A DNA stretch of 58,546 nucleotides, taken from assembly GCA_013265495.1 (NCBI GenBank), contig MU057635.1:62001-120546 (forward strand). The letters are read 5' to 3'. This DNA is from Vicugna vicugna. Taxonomy: Eukaryota. Under the pieces are notes generated by a model. The model searched no databases. It was not told the DNA's origin and saw only the letters and a list, made by a program, of their open reading frames with translations. Shown here piece by piece: positions 1-14,442 of this stretch; position 1 is the stretch's first letter, and each line of letters begins with the position of its first letter. Position numbers and translations under genes: made by a program.

Positions 1-1705
1 CAAAACAATAAATACGAGAAGAGGACTGCAGACAAAGTGCTGTGGGAAGTCACACCTTAAAGGCAGCACCTCCTTTTGGGAGATCAGGGAATTTTATGGA
101 GGAGGGGGCATGTGAGTTGTTTTTGAAGAAAGATCCAGAAATTAAACAGGAAAGCAAACCAATAGGGAATGACAGAAGGAAGAAACATAGTGAAGAAAGG
201 TAAAGAGGCTGGAAACCATGGGACTGTTCCACGGGCCATTTTGGCCAGCTGTCCAGTGGGAAGGTTTGTTGGTGAAGCTGGAATGTAGCTCAAGATCTGG
301 CACCAATTTAAGGACAAGGGAATTTGTAACTTGGAGTGTAGGGAGTTTATCACTCATGAATTCTGGAGAAGATACCTCTTTGCTCCCTGAAGTCCTGTCA
401 CATATCCATCCACAGAAAGACCTTTGGAGAAACCAGTGTAGCAACACAGTCTTTAGGTGGGTAAATCCAAGTAGACATTGGCTACTTCAGATAGGTTTAG
501 TGGCATAAGATGGTATGCTTTTCTTAATAAAACTTGAATAAAACTCTTACCTTTAGCCATAATTATGTGTGGTCTTCTCCCAGGGGAGGAATGTAAGCTG
601 AAGTCTCTCCCTTCAGTATCTGCCATAGAGAGGCTACCTGGAATAATTAGGGTCTAAGATTCCTTGTCCTATTCCACAGTTACCCCTATTCCCTAACACA
701 GAAGCTATAAAATTGCCAAAGTCCTTTGCTTGGCATTCCAAGTCCTCTTCCTTAAACACCACGTGGTATTATTTCTCCCTGATCTCTTTGTGCAACAAAT
801 TCTCCTATAAAGCTATTTCTTGAATGGCCCTGACATTTTTCTACCTCTGTATTTTCACCAGTTCTCTCCTCTTTCTACTCCCTGCTTCCCTGATTATCCC
901 AACTCCATGTCTCAGAACATCCAAACTTGGCTCTTCCTTCAAGGACCAGCTAAATACTACTCCTCCAGACACCCTCTTTCTCTGACCTACTGGGCTGGTA
1001 AAAAAACTTACTCTTCTGAACAGCAAAATCATTTCATTTGTAACTTTCTTTTGATTGTGTGTGGATGTTATAGTTATGCACATACACGTCTAAATGCCTA
1101 AAATGCAGACACTGTGTGAGATGTACCTGGTGTCCCTCTCACAACAGCAAACTCATAATGAACACTAAAAGAATGTTTGTGAAAAGAAAGGAGTGAGATG
1201 AAATGTTTGGTGTCCAGATTGCTTCAAACAATCAGACACCAAAAATGTGCAGCCGGTGAGGGGCTTTGGAAGCAGGTGTGTTGGTATCTGTGTGTTTAGC
1301 TCTGTTAGAGCAAAGTTAGTTAGTGAGAATAATGAGCCTTATTCTGGAGACTGGAATGGGAGCCCATGATGAAATCAACACCATGAATGCCACCCATGGA
1401 TGACATGTGAAATTCTACATTTTCAGCTTCATCTTAGTCATTTCCTCCCACATCCCACCTCCCAGAAGTTCAAGTTACGTCGAGCTCAAGTACACCTTAA
1501 ACTTCCTCCCTTTGCATACTTTTGCTTACATGAGTCTATGCTTCAAACACCACTAACCCACCTAGAAAACACTTGCTTCTGCTTTATGTCACAAATCAAC
1601 CATCACTTCTAGAAATCATTCCTGAACTCACTTTCTGGGTTTTCCCATCTGCAGAATGGTACCAGTAATGCCTACAGTGTGGGATTTCTGTGAGAACTAA
1701 GCAAG

Positions 1706-1835
1706 AGTGTTACCATGGCCAATGGCCCCCCTTGCTCAGGAGTTTTTGCCCATTGTCCTGGGATAAGTATCAGCAGTGCTACATTTCACTCTCAAAAGTG
1801 CTCTAATCCAGATATTAAAATATGAGAAAATCCTA
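1706..1835 (-). mobile_element. hAT DNA transposon relic (MER94-like)
   Basis: Reverse complement contains cacttttgagagtgaaa...cccaggacaatgggc, as in the recalled MER94 consensus. Confidence 0.55.
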
Positions 1836-3629
1836 AGGCGTGTATTTAAGCACTTTGGGGCTTAATTAATGGCAGCTGTCCTTTGGGCTAGATTCACATG
1901 TAAATCCACTATAACATTAAAACATACACCCCTTATGAGTATGATAGCTCACTTCTGCTGAGTCCTAGTCCAGTGTTCTGTAAAACAGGGAAGTGTGCAA
2001 CATGGTAGAAAGTGGCAGGCACAACTAGAACTGGGGAAGTGATTAGGGAAGCTCTGTAAGTGTCTGGCCCATGGCTGTGTTCAGCATGATGTTTTGATTA
2101 GTCAGAATTTAGACGGTGTTTTGCTGTGAAGCACTTGATGGAAGACTCACATTGCCTGTGACTGTGGTGAGCTGATTCACAGCAAGTTCAAATAGCCTAA
2201 AAAAGGCACTATTATAGGAATAAATGAAGGCAAGAGGTAAAACAGATGATAGCAAAGAAGCAGTTCAGCTTTCCAATTATGCTGCAAGAATGGTACTAAT
2301 GAGGAATAATTAGCTTCACCAGGACTTTCTTCCTTTTCAATATTTTACAATCCTCATACTTATTAACTGGAATGCTGAATTAATGTTTTTCACTTTAAAG
2401 GGAAAGACACCCATTAGGAAAGCTGGTAACATAATGTATGGTTGTAGTGTTTTTTATATCCTCTATACCTACAATGATGACATTACAACGTTTCAATATT
2501 GCATTATTGTCCTTAAAATTAATCAGCCATGTCCAAAAAGTGAAAGCAACTTCTGAAGAAATTCTGACAGGTTTATAATATATAAACTTTATCATCAATT
2601 CATAATAACTCTATTCTAGAGAGGATAGAGATGTCTAGATAAAGATAGATGATTGATTGCTTGCTTTTTACATTTTAAGTCAATTCTAAACCAGTGATGT
2701 CTACATTACTTATCTCATTAAGGAGACTTCACATATGTATTTGCTGATTGTATACAACCTTTGTATGCAGTTAGAAGAAATGGTGGCATTTAACTGTTGG
2801 ATATCTGCAAAAGGGGAAATATGATTTTTATTTTATCTAAATCATGAAATAAACAAGTGAGAAAATTTTAGGAATTGCTTATGTCTTATGTAATAATTTA
2901 GTCAAAGGCCATATTTAAGTTTATTAGGTAGACTAATCTGAAGTTATATTTTGCTATTCTCTTAATTTGAAGAATAACTCTTTACTAAAGGTACCACTGG
3001 TTGAAAAGCTTCAAAACAGAGGACATATTTCTTTCCACACATTTGTGACACATATATGTATATCTGTCTCCCACACAGCATCCAGGAAAACCTCTCAAAA
3101 ACATAAGTGGTGTCATACCACCCTTCTTTATAACGCTTACACTTTGCTGAGAGTACATCCCTGCTCCTGACCATAAGCAGCTTTGCCCTGCATAGTCCGT
3201 CTCATGTCTGCCTCTCCAGCCACATCTCCTGTTTCTCAATAGTTTCCTTTATTCCCTCAAATGAACAAACCATCTCACATTTCCAGTCTTTGTCCACAAC
3301 CATGCTCCAAACAGAAGCTCTTCTCGATCTGACTCCTACCTCTCCTTCCTTTGTGTGCAGCCTCCTCAGAGAAGGTCATCTTTCCTATTATTGTCTGTCA
3401 CCACCCCTTGATAATCATGTCCCTTAATCCATTATCACAATTTGTCAATGGAAGTGTGTATAGTATATGTATATTACAAATATCTATATATAAAGAAATT
3501 ATTTCTATTTTATTTAAAGTTCTATTCTATAGCCCTTCAACAATATGTAGTGAATGAATTAGTTAATCTATTAATCCTTGACCAAATCTTCCATTTCTAA
3601 TCATTGCTATCCCCCGTCCATACAATCAG

Positions 3630-4220
3630 CCTAAGACCACCAGGAATAAGCCTATAAGTCACATAAAATCAGATTTATTAATCCATTGCAAAGAAAAATA
3701 CCACACACTAGGATTTGGGGGGAGGGTGGAGTTAAGATAAAATTTAAATGAAGCAACATTTTGAGAGATTCATTGCAAAGCAGGGCTATGTATAAAGGGG
3801 TCAAAATTAGGTTTAAACCACAAAGTAGATGCAGGGTCCTGTCTCCTCGGAAACTACAAAACTAAGATTGATGCAGTATGTTGCAACCAAAGACCCCTAT
3901 CTGAAGTTCTGCACCTGAGTTGAAAGTTGAGAATGCTTCTCCCCACCAAAGTGTTTTACATCCTTCAAGCAGGAGTAAGATGTTTCTTCTTACTGATATA
4001 ATTTGGAGCAATTAATTTCAAAGAGTCTGTGATTTTAGAGAACCAAGATTTCTCAAGGAGTGAGAAATTAGTAGTCACTCAATAAAGGATGCTTTTTCTG
4101 AAATTTATGGTTTGCCCTTGGGGGAGACATGTTTCTTGTTGAGTCTGCAGCTGGAACCAAGTGTCTTTTATGAATGATAGGGCAGATGTTGACTGTCCCA
4201 GCCACTTTTTATTCTATCAT
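3630..4220. mobile_element. Probable old solo LTR
   Basis: Composition and ends resemble an ERV LTR; family not identified. Confidence 0.3.
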
Positions 4221-4282
4221 TTCATATTGGAAAGTCCATTATCTTAGGTTAACAGTTAACCTCAGCATCACACTAAGAGGTC

Positions 4283-5215
4283 TCATGTCCTCTGTTTTAC
4301 AACAGCTCTCCTTAAAGCTCCTTTTACATCTTGGTTCTTTAGACTGTAGATCAAGGGGTTGAGCATGGGTGTGACCACAGTATAGAACACCTTGGTGATC
4401 TTGCCCCCAGTCCTGGAGGACTTCGACTGGGGTCTCATGTACATGAAGATGGCAGTTCCATAGAATAAGGCCACCACTGTCAGATGAGAAGCACAGGTGG
4501 ATAGTGCCTTGTGCCTCCCAGAGGCTGATCAAATCCTGAGGACTGATTGAAGGATTCTGGTATAGGAAACAGCAATGAAGAGAAAAGGAATGAAGACAAT
4601 GATGACACTGAAGATAAAGACAACCATCTCAGTAACTGAGGTGTCAGTGCAAGCCAACCTCAGGATGGAAAGAACTTCACAAAAAAATTGATTCAGGACA
4701 TTGGGCCCACAGTAGGGCAAACTCAAGGTGAGGATGTTGATGACCATGGAACTCAGGAAACTACTGGACCAAGAAATGGCTGCCAACTGGATGCAGGTGC
4801 TCTGGTCCATAATGAGAGTATAATGAAGGGGATGACAAATAGCTACATATCTGTCATAAGCCATGACACCAAGAAGAACACATTCAATCATTCCAAAGGA
4901 GAGGGAGAAGAACATCTGAGTATCACAGCTGGAGAAGAGGATTGTCCTTTTCCCCACCATGTTGGACAGAATTTGTAAGACATTGGTGGATGTATAGCAG
5001 ATGTCCAGAAAGGATAAATTAGTGAGGAAGAAGTACATGGGGGTTTGGAGAAATGGTTCTATCTGGATAATAATGATAATAATAACATTCCCCACCACTG
5101 TTAACAAATAGTAGAACAATAACATAATAAAAAGAATGAGCTTTATCGTTGGCTGAAATGAGAGCCCCAGTAACACAAATTCAGTCACAGTGAAGTTTGT
5201 TTTTATCAGATTCAT
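4283..5215 (-). pseudogene. OR2AH1P: Olfactory receptor pseudogene, family 2-like (OR2AH1-like), 310 codons with one in-frame stop
   Basis: OR motifs [46 protein letters not shown]. ORFs 4529..5215 and 4283..4477 share a frame and are split by TGA at 4529-4531 (LRI*SASGRHK). The symbol rests on recalled position next to OR9G genes in human 11q12.1, so it is less certain than the OR call. Confidence 0.85.
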
Positions 5216-5253
5216 TTCTTGGTCACCTCCCTCTCATAGAACCATTCACTCAC

Positions 5254-5272
5254 CTAAAGAAAAAAAAATCAA
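5254..5272 (-). other. Splice acceptor of the OR2AH1-like coding exon
   Basis: Minus strand reads poly-T tract-CTTTAG|GTGAGT, 38 nt upstream of the ATG. Confidence 0.65.
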
Positions 5273-8200
5273 ATGCCCTATACATCACAGTGTTGAAAAT
5301 TCAAGATAAAAATAAGATAGCAAGGAGATTATATCTTGAGTATCTGAGTTGTACTACAAGCAGAAAGCTTTCTCTCTGCTATTGAAGGGGATATTCCAAA
5401 AGAATATTCAAACTCAAACACTGATTAAGTTAAACAGATATTCTAGCCTTTACTCTGAGGGGAGGCCCTCTTGGCTGCTCATAATCTTTTCAAATCATAT
5501 GCAGTCTTCAAAGCCTTGCTCACGCTCACCTATTCAGAAAGATCTGATTATGTTTTTGTTCGACACCCAACACAGAACAACTCAAGTAAAAGCCAAAAAA
5601 GACACTGTTTGATGTGCTGTTCATGAACTTAAAAATAAAGGCCAGAAGAGGCTTGCGCTCCTGTATCACCCTGATGCAATTTTCTGCTTTCTAGTATTTA
5701 GACATGCTGAAACCCTAAGAACAAAGACTGTGCACACCAACAGCAAAACCCGTGATGGGTCACACTAAGTGCCGATTCTCCCAGCTTCACAACTTCCATG
5801 CAATAGGGGTCGTTGATGATTTTATTATATTTACAATAAGGATAATGATAGAACCAATTTTTTGAGGGTGAAATTGAATAGTGTGTATAAAGAATTTAAG
5901 GCAATACTTACACGTAGGGAACAACCCACAAATAACAACTATTATTATAGCCCTAGTAACACACAGTATTGCTACACTTAGCCAGAATTCACTTCTCTGA
6001 TAAAAACCATTTCAGAGAAAAAAGATCATTAAAAAAGATCCAGACAAGTTACCAGGTCTAGTCATTGAGCACGTCTTAGACCCCACCCTGTGCCTGCTTA
6101 TTTAGTTTAGGGGCAGAGTTAACGTGTTTGGTTAACTGGCTTTCAGCAGATGAAAGCAGGAAATTAGAAAGACATGGGGTGAGGAAGAGCCCTGGAGGCA
6201 GTCAGAGCTGTAAGAGCAAAAAGAAGCTGCCAATCTTTCATCCATTCATTTGTCCATTCTTTTTCTTTCTTTCTTTCTTTTTTCTTTCTTTCTTCCTTTC
6301 AAAAACTATATTTTTGGTAATCTAGTATGTACCAGATGCTGGGCTCTTCTGATAAACACAACAGACATTTTGATACTCTCATAAACCTCACAGTCCATGG
6401 AAAGTTGTGATGAAGGAAGCATTCTGATTCCTGAAGGAACAGGGACTCTTAGGAAGAAGACATTTGAAGAACCAAGTAGGTGCAGGTCATGAAAAAGACT
6501 ACTTCATGCAAAGCATCATTTTTCAAATACTATTAATATGCATACAATATATTTTAGAGAGCTTCCTTATCTTTTGACTTAAACAGGGATTTTTGAATCA
6601 AATAAATCATGAACTGGTGAACTAAGTAATCTAAAATACGAAGTCCAGGAGTAAAGGAGGGATGGGTCTGGAGAGAGGAGAGAGGGAGAGGAGTTAAGTC
6701 ACAGTCTTGTTTACATCAAGAGTAGGAAGGAAGGGTGGTTAGGGAACTCCCTTCCAGGACCTCCAAACAATGGTTAGAAAGTCCTGCTGAAAATAAAAGC
6801 TGTTTCAGTAATGTTTAGGGGTGATTATGATGACAGCAAAGGATATCCACAGTGAATTTCTGAGTTGACAACAAGGCGGCACGCCATCAGGTCCCATCAG
6901 ATCATGGGACTAGTGGGGAAGCACGCAGAATCTGAAGAGCCGAAATCACATGCCTAGTTCCATCACGTGCCAGCTGGGAGACTTTTCTTGCACAAGTCAC
7001 ATGGCCAGTCTGTGCTTAACTTTATTTACCTGCAGGAAGGGAGCAAGAGTGACATCCTCATACACAGAGCTGATGGATGTGGTAAATGAGGTAACACACG
7101 TAAAGTCCAATAACCTAAAAATAAAGATCCCCTTCATTAGCGGATCTTTGTTATGTGTGCAGAACAGGAATTATTGGCACTCCTCATCCCCTCCCCAGGC
7201 CAATGATGGAGACACTAAGTCTTTAAGACAGTAAACAACTTGTCCAAAATCACTTAAAAAATTTCTGAATATATATGCAAGCACCCACAATAAACATGTA
7301 TATAATATATCTATATTTATTTCAATAGTAGTAAAACCAGGACAAAAATAAAGTCTTGGTTCCAGAGGCATGCATGCTTATGTAGAATACGTTCCCATGA
7401 AGGAACATAAATATATTGATTCAACATTTAAACACTCTGTAGTTTGATGACTCAATCAAAAAGATAGTCTCATGGTTCCTCTAAATGCACAGTTTCCTCA
7501 AAGAACATTTTTAGTCACTTTACAGCTAAAACTCCTCAAAGTCAGCTTGACTCTATTCAATTGTCAGTTTTTCAGGATATAAATCTGTTTTTGTTTCTAT
7601 AAGAACACACAGAACTGCATCTCCCTCATAAAGACAAGAGGAATAAAGACACTTTTGTAAGTAAATATAATGCCCATAGTACAAAGCAAGCCCACCAAAT
7701 TAAATATGGGCTTGCAGAAGCCCTGGATGATTTATAATTACCAGTAGATTCTATATAATCATCTCAATCAAACAGGAATCACTGAGTAAACTGTACACCC
7801 TCCATTTCACTTCACAAGATGAAAGCCACTGTTGCCACATGCCTTCTTGTCTGTCTGGAAAACTCCTATTGAATATTTTACATACTAGGCATGCATGACA
7901 TCCTCTTTGAAACTCTGCCTCATTTAACTCACCCAGAGTTAATCAGAGTCCCCTCTGCTGAACCACTTCCATCCTTTAACATACTCCATTGTTGTACATG
8001 TGGGGTGTGTGTGAGTAAAAATGTATTAGTCAATCTTGCCAATTGACTTTGGGTTTCTAGGGATCCTGTAAGTCTTATTTATATTTTTTCCATTCCCTAG
8101 TACATAGTAAACACTCTGGACAAGGACAATCAGAATATGATTCTGGCTTCACCATTTCTTTGCTGGGTCAGTTTGTAAGTTTCCAAACTTCTCTAAACCT

Positions 8201-8762
8201 CATTTTCTCCCATGTGAAATGGGAACTATACTAATACTTAATCCACAGAATTGTCTTGAAGATTACACTAGAAAGTACATTTAGTAATTCACCACAGTAT
8301 CTGACACAGTGAAAATATTATAGTAACAATATTACATAAATGTCACATTACACGGTTTGCTAGAAATATACTTGTGCTCTAAGAGCAGAGGAATATTAGA
8401 CACAATACATCAGCAGTACTTGATTTATCACTGCAGAGGTGTTCAGAGCCTGCACAAACTCACACACTCCATACATGTGTTTAGTATTGCCAAAGTTTGT
8501 GATTTCATTGGTTATCAGCTCATCAATCAATGAAACTTATTGTTAAAAAAAATCAACATAAGGACTAAGAAGTTTAAGGACTAAGAGTAAAGAGAGCATA
8601 GGGACGATTCTGCTCCCTCCCTTACTAAGGAATAATAATTGGTAGGACTATCAGGAAGACCCTAAATATTTTTCTAATGAATCCACCTCTGAGTTATGAA
8701 AATATTCTAGAAAAGGGATGATCATTTGAATAAAAATACCACTTACAGTGTTTATAAATTGC

Positions 8763-9342
8763 CAATGTTCATAGAAGCACTGTTTATAATAGCCAAGACA
8801 TGGAAACAACCTGAATATCCATCAACAGATGATTGGATAAAGAAGCTGTAGTATAGTTATATAATGGAATAAACTCAGCCATAAAAAAAAATAAAATAAA
8901 ATAATGTCATTTGCAGCAACATAGACGGATCTGGAAATTGTCATTCTAAGTGAATTAAGCCAGAAAGAGAAAGAAAAAATATCATATAATATCACTTATA
9001 TGTGGAATCTAAACTAAAAAAAGCCAAACTTATTTACAAAACAGAAACAGATTCACAGACATAGAAAACAAACTTATGTTTATGTTTACCAGACTGGAAG
9101 AGGGTGGGAAAGGATAAATTAGGAGTTCAAGATTTGCAGATGTTAACTAATATATATATAAAAGATAAATAACAATTTTATATTGTATAAAACAAGGAAC
9201 TATAATCAATATCTTGTAAAAACTTATGGTGAAAAAGAATATGAAAATGAATATATGTACGTTCATGTATGACTGAAGCATTGTTCTGTACACCAGAAAT
9301 TGACACAATATTATAAACTGACTGTACTTAAATAAAAAAAAT
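8763..9342 (+). mobile_element. 5'-truncated L1 3' end (cetartiodactyl/camelid type)
   Basis: caatgttcatagaagcactg...gccaagacatggaaacaacc...ctgtacaccagaaattgacacaa plus A tail; TSD taaattgc at 8755-8762 and 9343-9350. Confidence 0.9.
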
Positions 9343-11948
9343 TAAATTGCACCGTAGATGATAATGTACCACTTACTGTGAATTAGTTTCACAAATCCTC
9401 TTGAATAAAAGATTGGGATCTGGTTTTAACAGCACATGGGAGAGAAAAAGGAAACTATGACAGCAGGGGCTCCTGGAAGGCCCTGCTCTAAGAGAGGCCA
9501 ACAATGCCATGTGGCAAAACATGATAAAAGTTAATCAATTCTGATGCTTAGTAGAGACAATAAAATCACCTTTCCACCCTCTTGTCCCAAGAAAAAACCT
9601 TTCTCTGTGGAAAGGAAAAAAAAAAGTCACCAAAAGAAATTAAATGCTACCTATTATATTTCTCTATTACATGACAAAGGTGTGTAAATACTTTGCTGGT
9701 AGTAAATCACATCTTTACAATGACTCCAATGTATGTATATCCATTTTAAATATGAGAAAATTGAAGATCCTAGAGATTATACACCTGTCCCAAAGTCAGG
9801 ACACATGGCAAAGCCATAATTTCTACTTGAGTTGAAATATTTTCAAAATGTCCTTTAGTTAAATAACTGGTAGTTTTATTTTACTATTACTGTTATTTTT
9901 GTAATATTTTAGTAAGCAATTGTAATCATAGGCACAAGAGATAAAAAATACCCTAACGTCATAAATGATGTGTAGAAATAATCTGTTTCATACCTGTATT
10001 TACCACATAGTCATGCAAAAAAAAAAGCCCATGAAAGACAGAATAAACATGATATCCACATGCAAAAAACATATAATTTCATAGAGATACAAATAAATCT
10101 CCTAAAATAACCACAAATGAGATACTGCTATAATACAACTCAGCCCTTTTCTAGATTAAAAAGAGAGTTAATGAATGCATACCCAGTAAAATCCCTAAGT
10201 CACTTGGGTTTCATTTTAGGACGCTAGGCTGAGTTTTAGATTGTTGAGAGACAATGTCCCAGACCAGTAATTAAAATGTAATGAGTTGTTCTGAGGGATT
10301 CCTGGCTGATGTGGGTGTTACTTGCTCCCTCTTTTCTCCCTCCCCTGAGTGTGAACCTTCGCCATGATTAAACCATGCCTTCCAGGTGACCTCAGTGTTC
10401 TCATCCTGGAATGTAGAGATGGTTATGATCATTGTATACATTCAATTGTCCACATAGCAAATTCAAACCCTAGGGTCTCTTCTCCCAGATCACAGCAAAC
10501 TCTGGAACCATCTTCAACTGCATAGCTAGCAAACACAAACTTTTTATAAGGAAACAGTAAGGCCAGAAGGGGCACTACCAGTTTGGTGAGCTCAAACATA
10601 TCATGTCACTTTCATAAGCCTCGGTTTATTCATTTTTCAAATGGGTGTTAAAGTATCTAGACCACTGCATTGTGCCCCTGTCATGGAGCTCAAGGGAAGA
10701 AAAGGAGAAAGAACGGAAGGGAATAAAAAGCAAAAGGTTAATATTAATTAAGCCTTTTCAATGTACAAAGAGGCAGCTGAGTCAAATAATGCCTCCAAAT
10801 GACAGTGTAACTTAATCTCAATATTCTAAAATCCTGGATGCAATGGAGTTGGTTGCTGTCCCTTATTTATTTAATATCAATACCCAGGACTTATCCTGAA
10901 TTAGAACCTCTGCAGACAGAACTCTGATATATGTATTTTCCCAAAGCTCCCCAGGGGAGCCCTTGAAACCTTATTTTCCCAATATTTCTACTGGAAAAGG
11001 ACACAATTGTGGATTTAGACAAACCTAAGACCCAAATCTGTGTTCTTTTAAGGAGTTCCGTGTTGTTACTTCCATTTTTTCCCTACATTATTCCAACTTT
11101 TAAGAACTGTTGTGTGAAAACAATCTAAAATTTACAACATCTGCTGAAGCCTTTTTGGAACGTCCAGTTCCACTTTGCCTTCTTCACGAGGCTTGAGACT
11201 CCAGGACTGGATCCCCACTGGGTGTCATCCCCCTGAGGCTGTACTGTGGTAGGAGCTGCTCAGTGGGCAAAGGGGAAACAGCACGTGGCAGATGTGGCGT
11301 CCTTTAGCAGATGCTTTCTCATGTGAGTCTCATGACTCCGGGAAACAGAGAGGGCTCCGCTAGGATGAATCCTCAAAGGGGCAGATCAATTGGCCTGTTC
11401 TGTGTCATTCATAAATGATGTGAAAAACACATAAACATGGGTGAGATTGCCTTAAACTAAGAAAACATCTGCACATCTCAGACTACCCTTCTTCTGTGTT
11501 AAACAGAGATGACCCATTGCACTCCATGAAGTGATGCAAGTGCAAACTTGGGTCCTTAATCTGTATCCCTAATACCACTCACCTAAAAGAATAAAAGATT
11601 CTTGTAAGACAGCTCAGTCCGTGTTTTAGTGTGAGAGGACAAGTAGTATGTGCCTAAATATTCTGTTGTGTCTACAAAACATGGATGCTTCTACAAATGA
11701 TAGAGTCAGGAACAAAAGAAACTAACTTCAAGAGTCTCGTGCTGGTGATGTTGTGACGTCCTGGAGATATATATATGTATATATACATATACATAAAATC
11801 ATGATAATAACCAAAATAATATTTTCAGTTGTAATATATTAACCAAAAAAAAAGCCAAGGATGTCTAGGATTCTCAAAAAATGAAAAATGTACAAAGACA
11901 ATATAAGAAAGGTAAATATGGTAGATTATTTCATTTTGATTGCATTTT

Positions 11949-12090
11949 TAAACATTTTTTATTGAGTTATAATCATTTTACAATGTTGTGTCAAATTCCT
12001 GTGTAGAGCACAATTTTTCAGTTATACATAAACATTGTCACATTTTCTTTTCGCTGTGACCTACCACAAGATCTTGTATGTATTTCCCTG
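11949..12090 (-). mobile_element. Short young L1 3' end with perfect 13-bp TSD
   Basis: ttttttattgagttataatcattttacaatgttgtgtcaaatt...; TSD ttgattgcatttt at 11936-11948 and 12091-12103. Confidence 0.85.
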
Positions 12091-13329
12091 TTGATTGCAT
12101 TTTAAAAGTGTGTTTGGACTAAATATATAGTACATAGAAACAGAAATTCAAATAAATACAGATACGTTAATTTTTTGGCATAAGCAGCAAATCATAAATA
12201 TAAAGACCCATTTTCCAAGCAGTTCCAGTAAAACTGGAAGCTCTACAAAAAACAAGAACAGTCAGCACTGATGAATGCTACTACTAATACTACTAATAGT
12301 AATCAGTAACAGTTGTCACACAGAAGAGCCAAGTTGAGACAAAGTTATTAGATAATAGTTCCTAAATAAAAGCTAATTATGTGGACTCAATTTCTGATAT
12401 AATAGATGAAGATGGAATACACTTATTAATTAATTAGAATAATTAATAAATTATTAGAATAAAGCTCTACAATTATAATAAAGTTATTACAAGATTAAAT
12501 TATTCATGAGTAATTTTCATGTATTAAATTAATACAAAATAGTAACATAAAACAGGTTTCTTAATGTTGGCTGAGAATTAAAAAACAATTTCAGTGGGAG
12601 AAATCATTGTACAAAAAAGCAAAATTTTGTTTAAAATGGTGGATATAAAAGTTAGATTGACTTTAAAATTTTATTTTAAAAAAATTAACCATTTGATACA
12701 TTGCTCCTGTTTTATTTACTTTAGGAAAACTGGTTGATTTTCCAAATAAGAAATCACTGCTAGCCTGTGAAGATTTTTACTCATTTTTATCTTGTAAGTT
12801 CACCTCAACTACAGGGAAGGTCCAAATAATATTACTAAAACACAAAAAGATTACAAATATGCTTATAAATAATCTTAGTAAGCCACAACACTAAATAGAG
12901 GCATAATGAAGAAATTAATTAAGCCTACAGTACTGGCGTTATCCACATGTTTTGCCATCATTGCATTCGGGATATTTTTCTCTTCAGTCAGTATTAAACA
13001 GTTCAAAAGAATCAGTCAGACTGAATGCTTAATTGTAGTTCTTAAGGACACACAGTGAATTCCTGAATCTTCCATGGGTGCACTTGTGTTGATAACCTTG
13101 GTTTCAATAACCCTTATATTTCATACTGCTTGGTTTACCGCTTTTAGAAGCCAATTGCATGCTTTCTAGATTCTTACTAATAGAGATTAATGAAATCTCA
13201 TAACATTTTTTAGTGTGCATTTCCTCTAAGAGCAAGTATTTGATTCACCATCTGGGCTAAGCAATACTCAACTTTCACTACAAAGGCAATGTGGAGGGTT
13301 GAGGGTGGGTGTTGAGGAGAATCACATGA

Positions 13330-14442
13330 GCTCAGAAGGCAACTCCCTGAGTACAGTCATTGGAAGAGTTTTGTACAGGGAATAACTGACTCTCTAAGGT
13401 GGGAGAAGCTAGGAACTGCCTCTTCAGGCAAAGATTTTTGTTTTTAGCTCCATTCTTGTCTGCCCAATGTCCCTATCCCATTATTTTATGACCTCAATTC
13501 TTTCCTCAATCAGTTCCTTTCCCTTACCATAAACCATCTGGTGATGTTTGGAATTTGATTGGTATTGCGTGTCTGCAATCCTTATAATTAAGCCCTGGCT
13601 TGGACCTCAACCATATCTTTCCTAAGGGACTAAAGGAGATGAGAAGCTCCTTCAAACCTACTGCTGAGGCTTTCCAAGTACTCTTTCATGTTTGCAGAAG
13701 GATAGTCACAGTTTTCAATTTAGAAGACCCTGTGATTTCTACAACCAGTATTATGGTCACCATCAGTGCTACAACGAAATCATCTTTCAGTGCTTTGCTC
13801 TCCGGTTGCACTTCATGCTATGACATTACTAATGATCATTTAAATTATCACGACACTACCACTTGCCAGGGCTCCCCAGTGTCCCATTTCTCTGGCAAGT
13901 GATATATTTGCTCATACTTTAAATGTGCGAGCAAACTAATCCCAGAGACCCAGCTTAAAGGTTTGATTCCAGGGCTACAGCTAATGCTAATTTTGTCACC
14001 AGTCAGAGACCAAATGGCCCACTCAAATCGGGCAATCTGAGAATTTAATAAAGAGAATATCTATAAATATGTGAACAGAATATGGGAAAATGACAAAGAA
14101 TAGACTCATTCTTTGACACAACATCATACTACATCTAGGCCTGAAGGGAGAAGGGGAAAGATCAGTTACCAGGGCCTAGAAAGAGAAGGAGAGTCTGCAG
14201 TAAGAGAAACCAGATAAAAGCCAGGACGGTGGTCTAGGGATTAATGGGGCCGTCACCACCTGTGCAGCGACATAGTCTGGAAATAAGTGTTCCGAACCCA
14301 GCGTTTTCTCTCATTTTAGTTCTCTCTCCATTGTTCATCTTAAGTAATACAGTTCATTTGGGTTGGTTTCCTGGAGACCAGAGAACAGTATGGCAAAGGG
14401 TGGCAGCTTATTTAGAAGGACAAATGGAAGATATCTAAGCAC
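13330..14442 (-). mobile_element. ERVL-class relic: internal fragment plus LTR40-like LTR (~13995-14442)
   Basis: caccagtcagagaccaaatggccccactcaaat...ggacaaatggaagatatctaagcac resembles the reverse of recalled LTR40. Assignment of the internal part is weaker. Confidence 0.5.

Noticed and set aside
50..3560. Many short ORFs of 60-100 aa here and throughout the intergenic DNA
   Set aside because: They overlap L2, MIR or LTR relics, have no recognisable domains, and are of lengths expected by chance.
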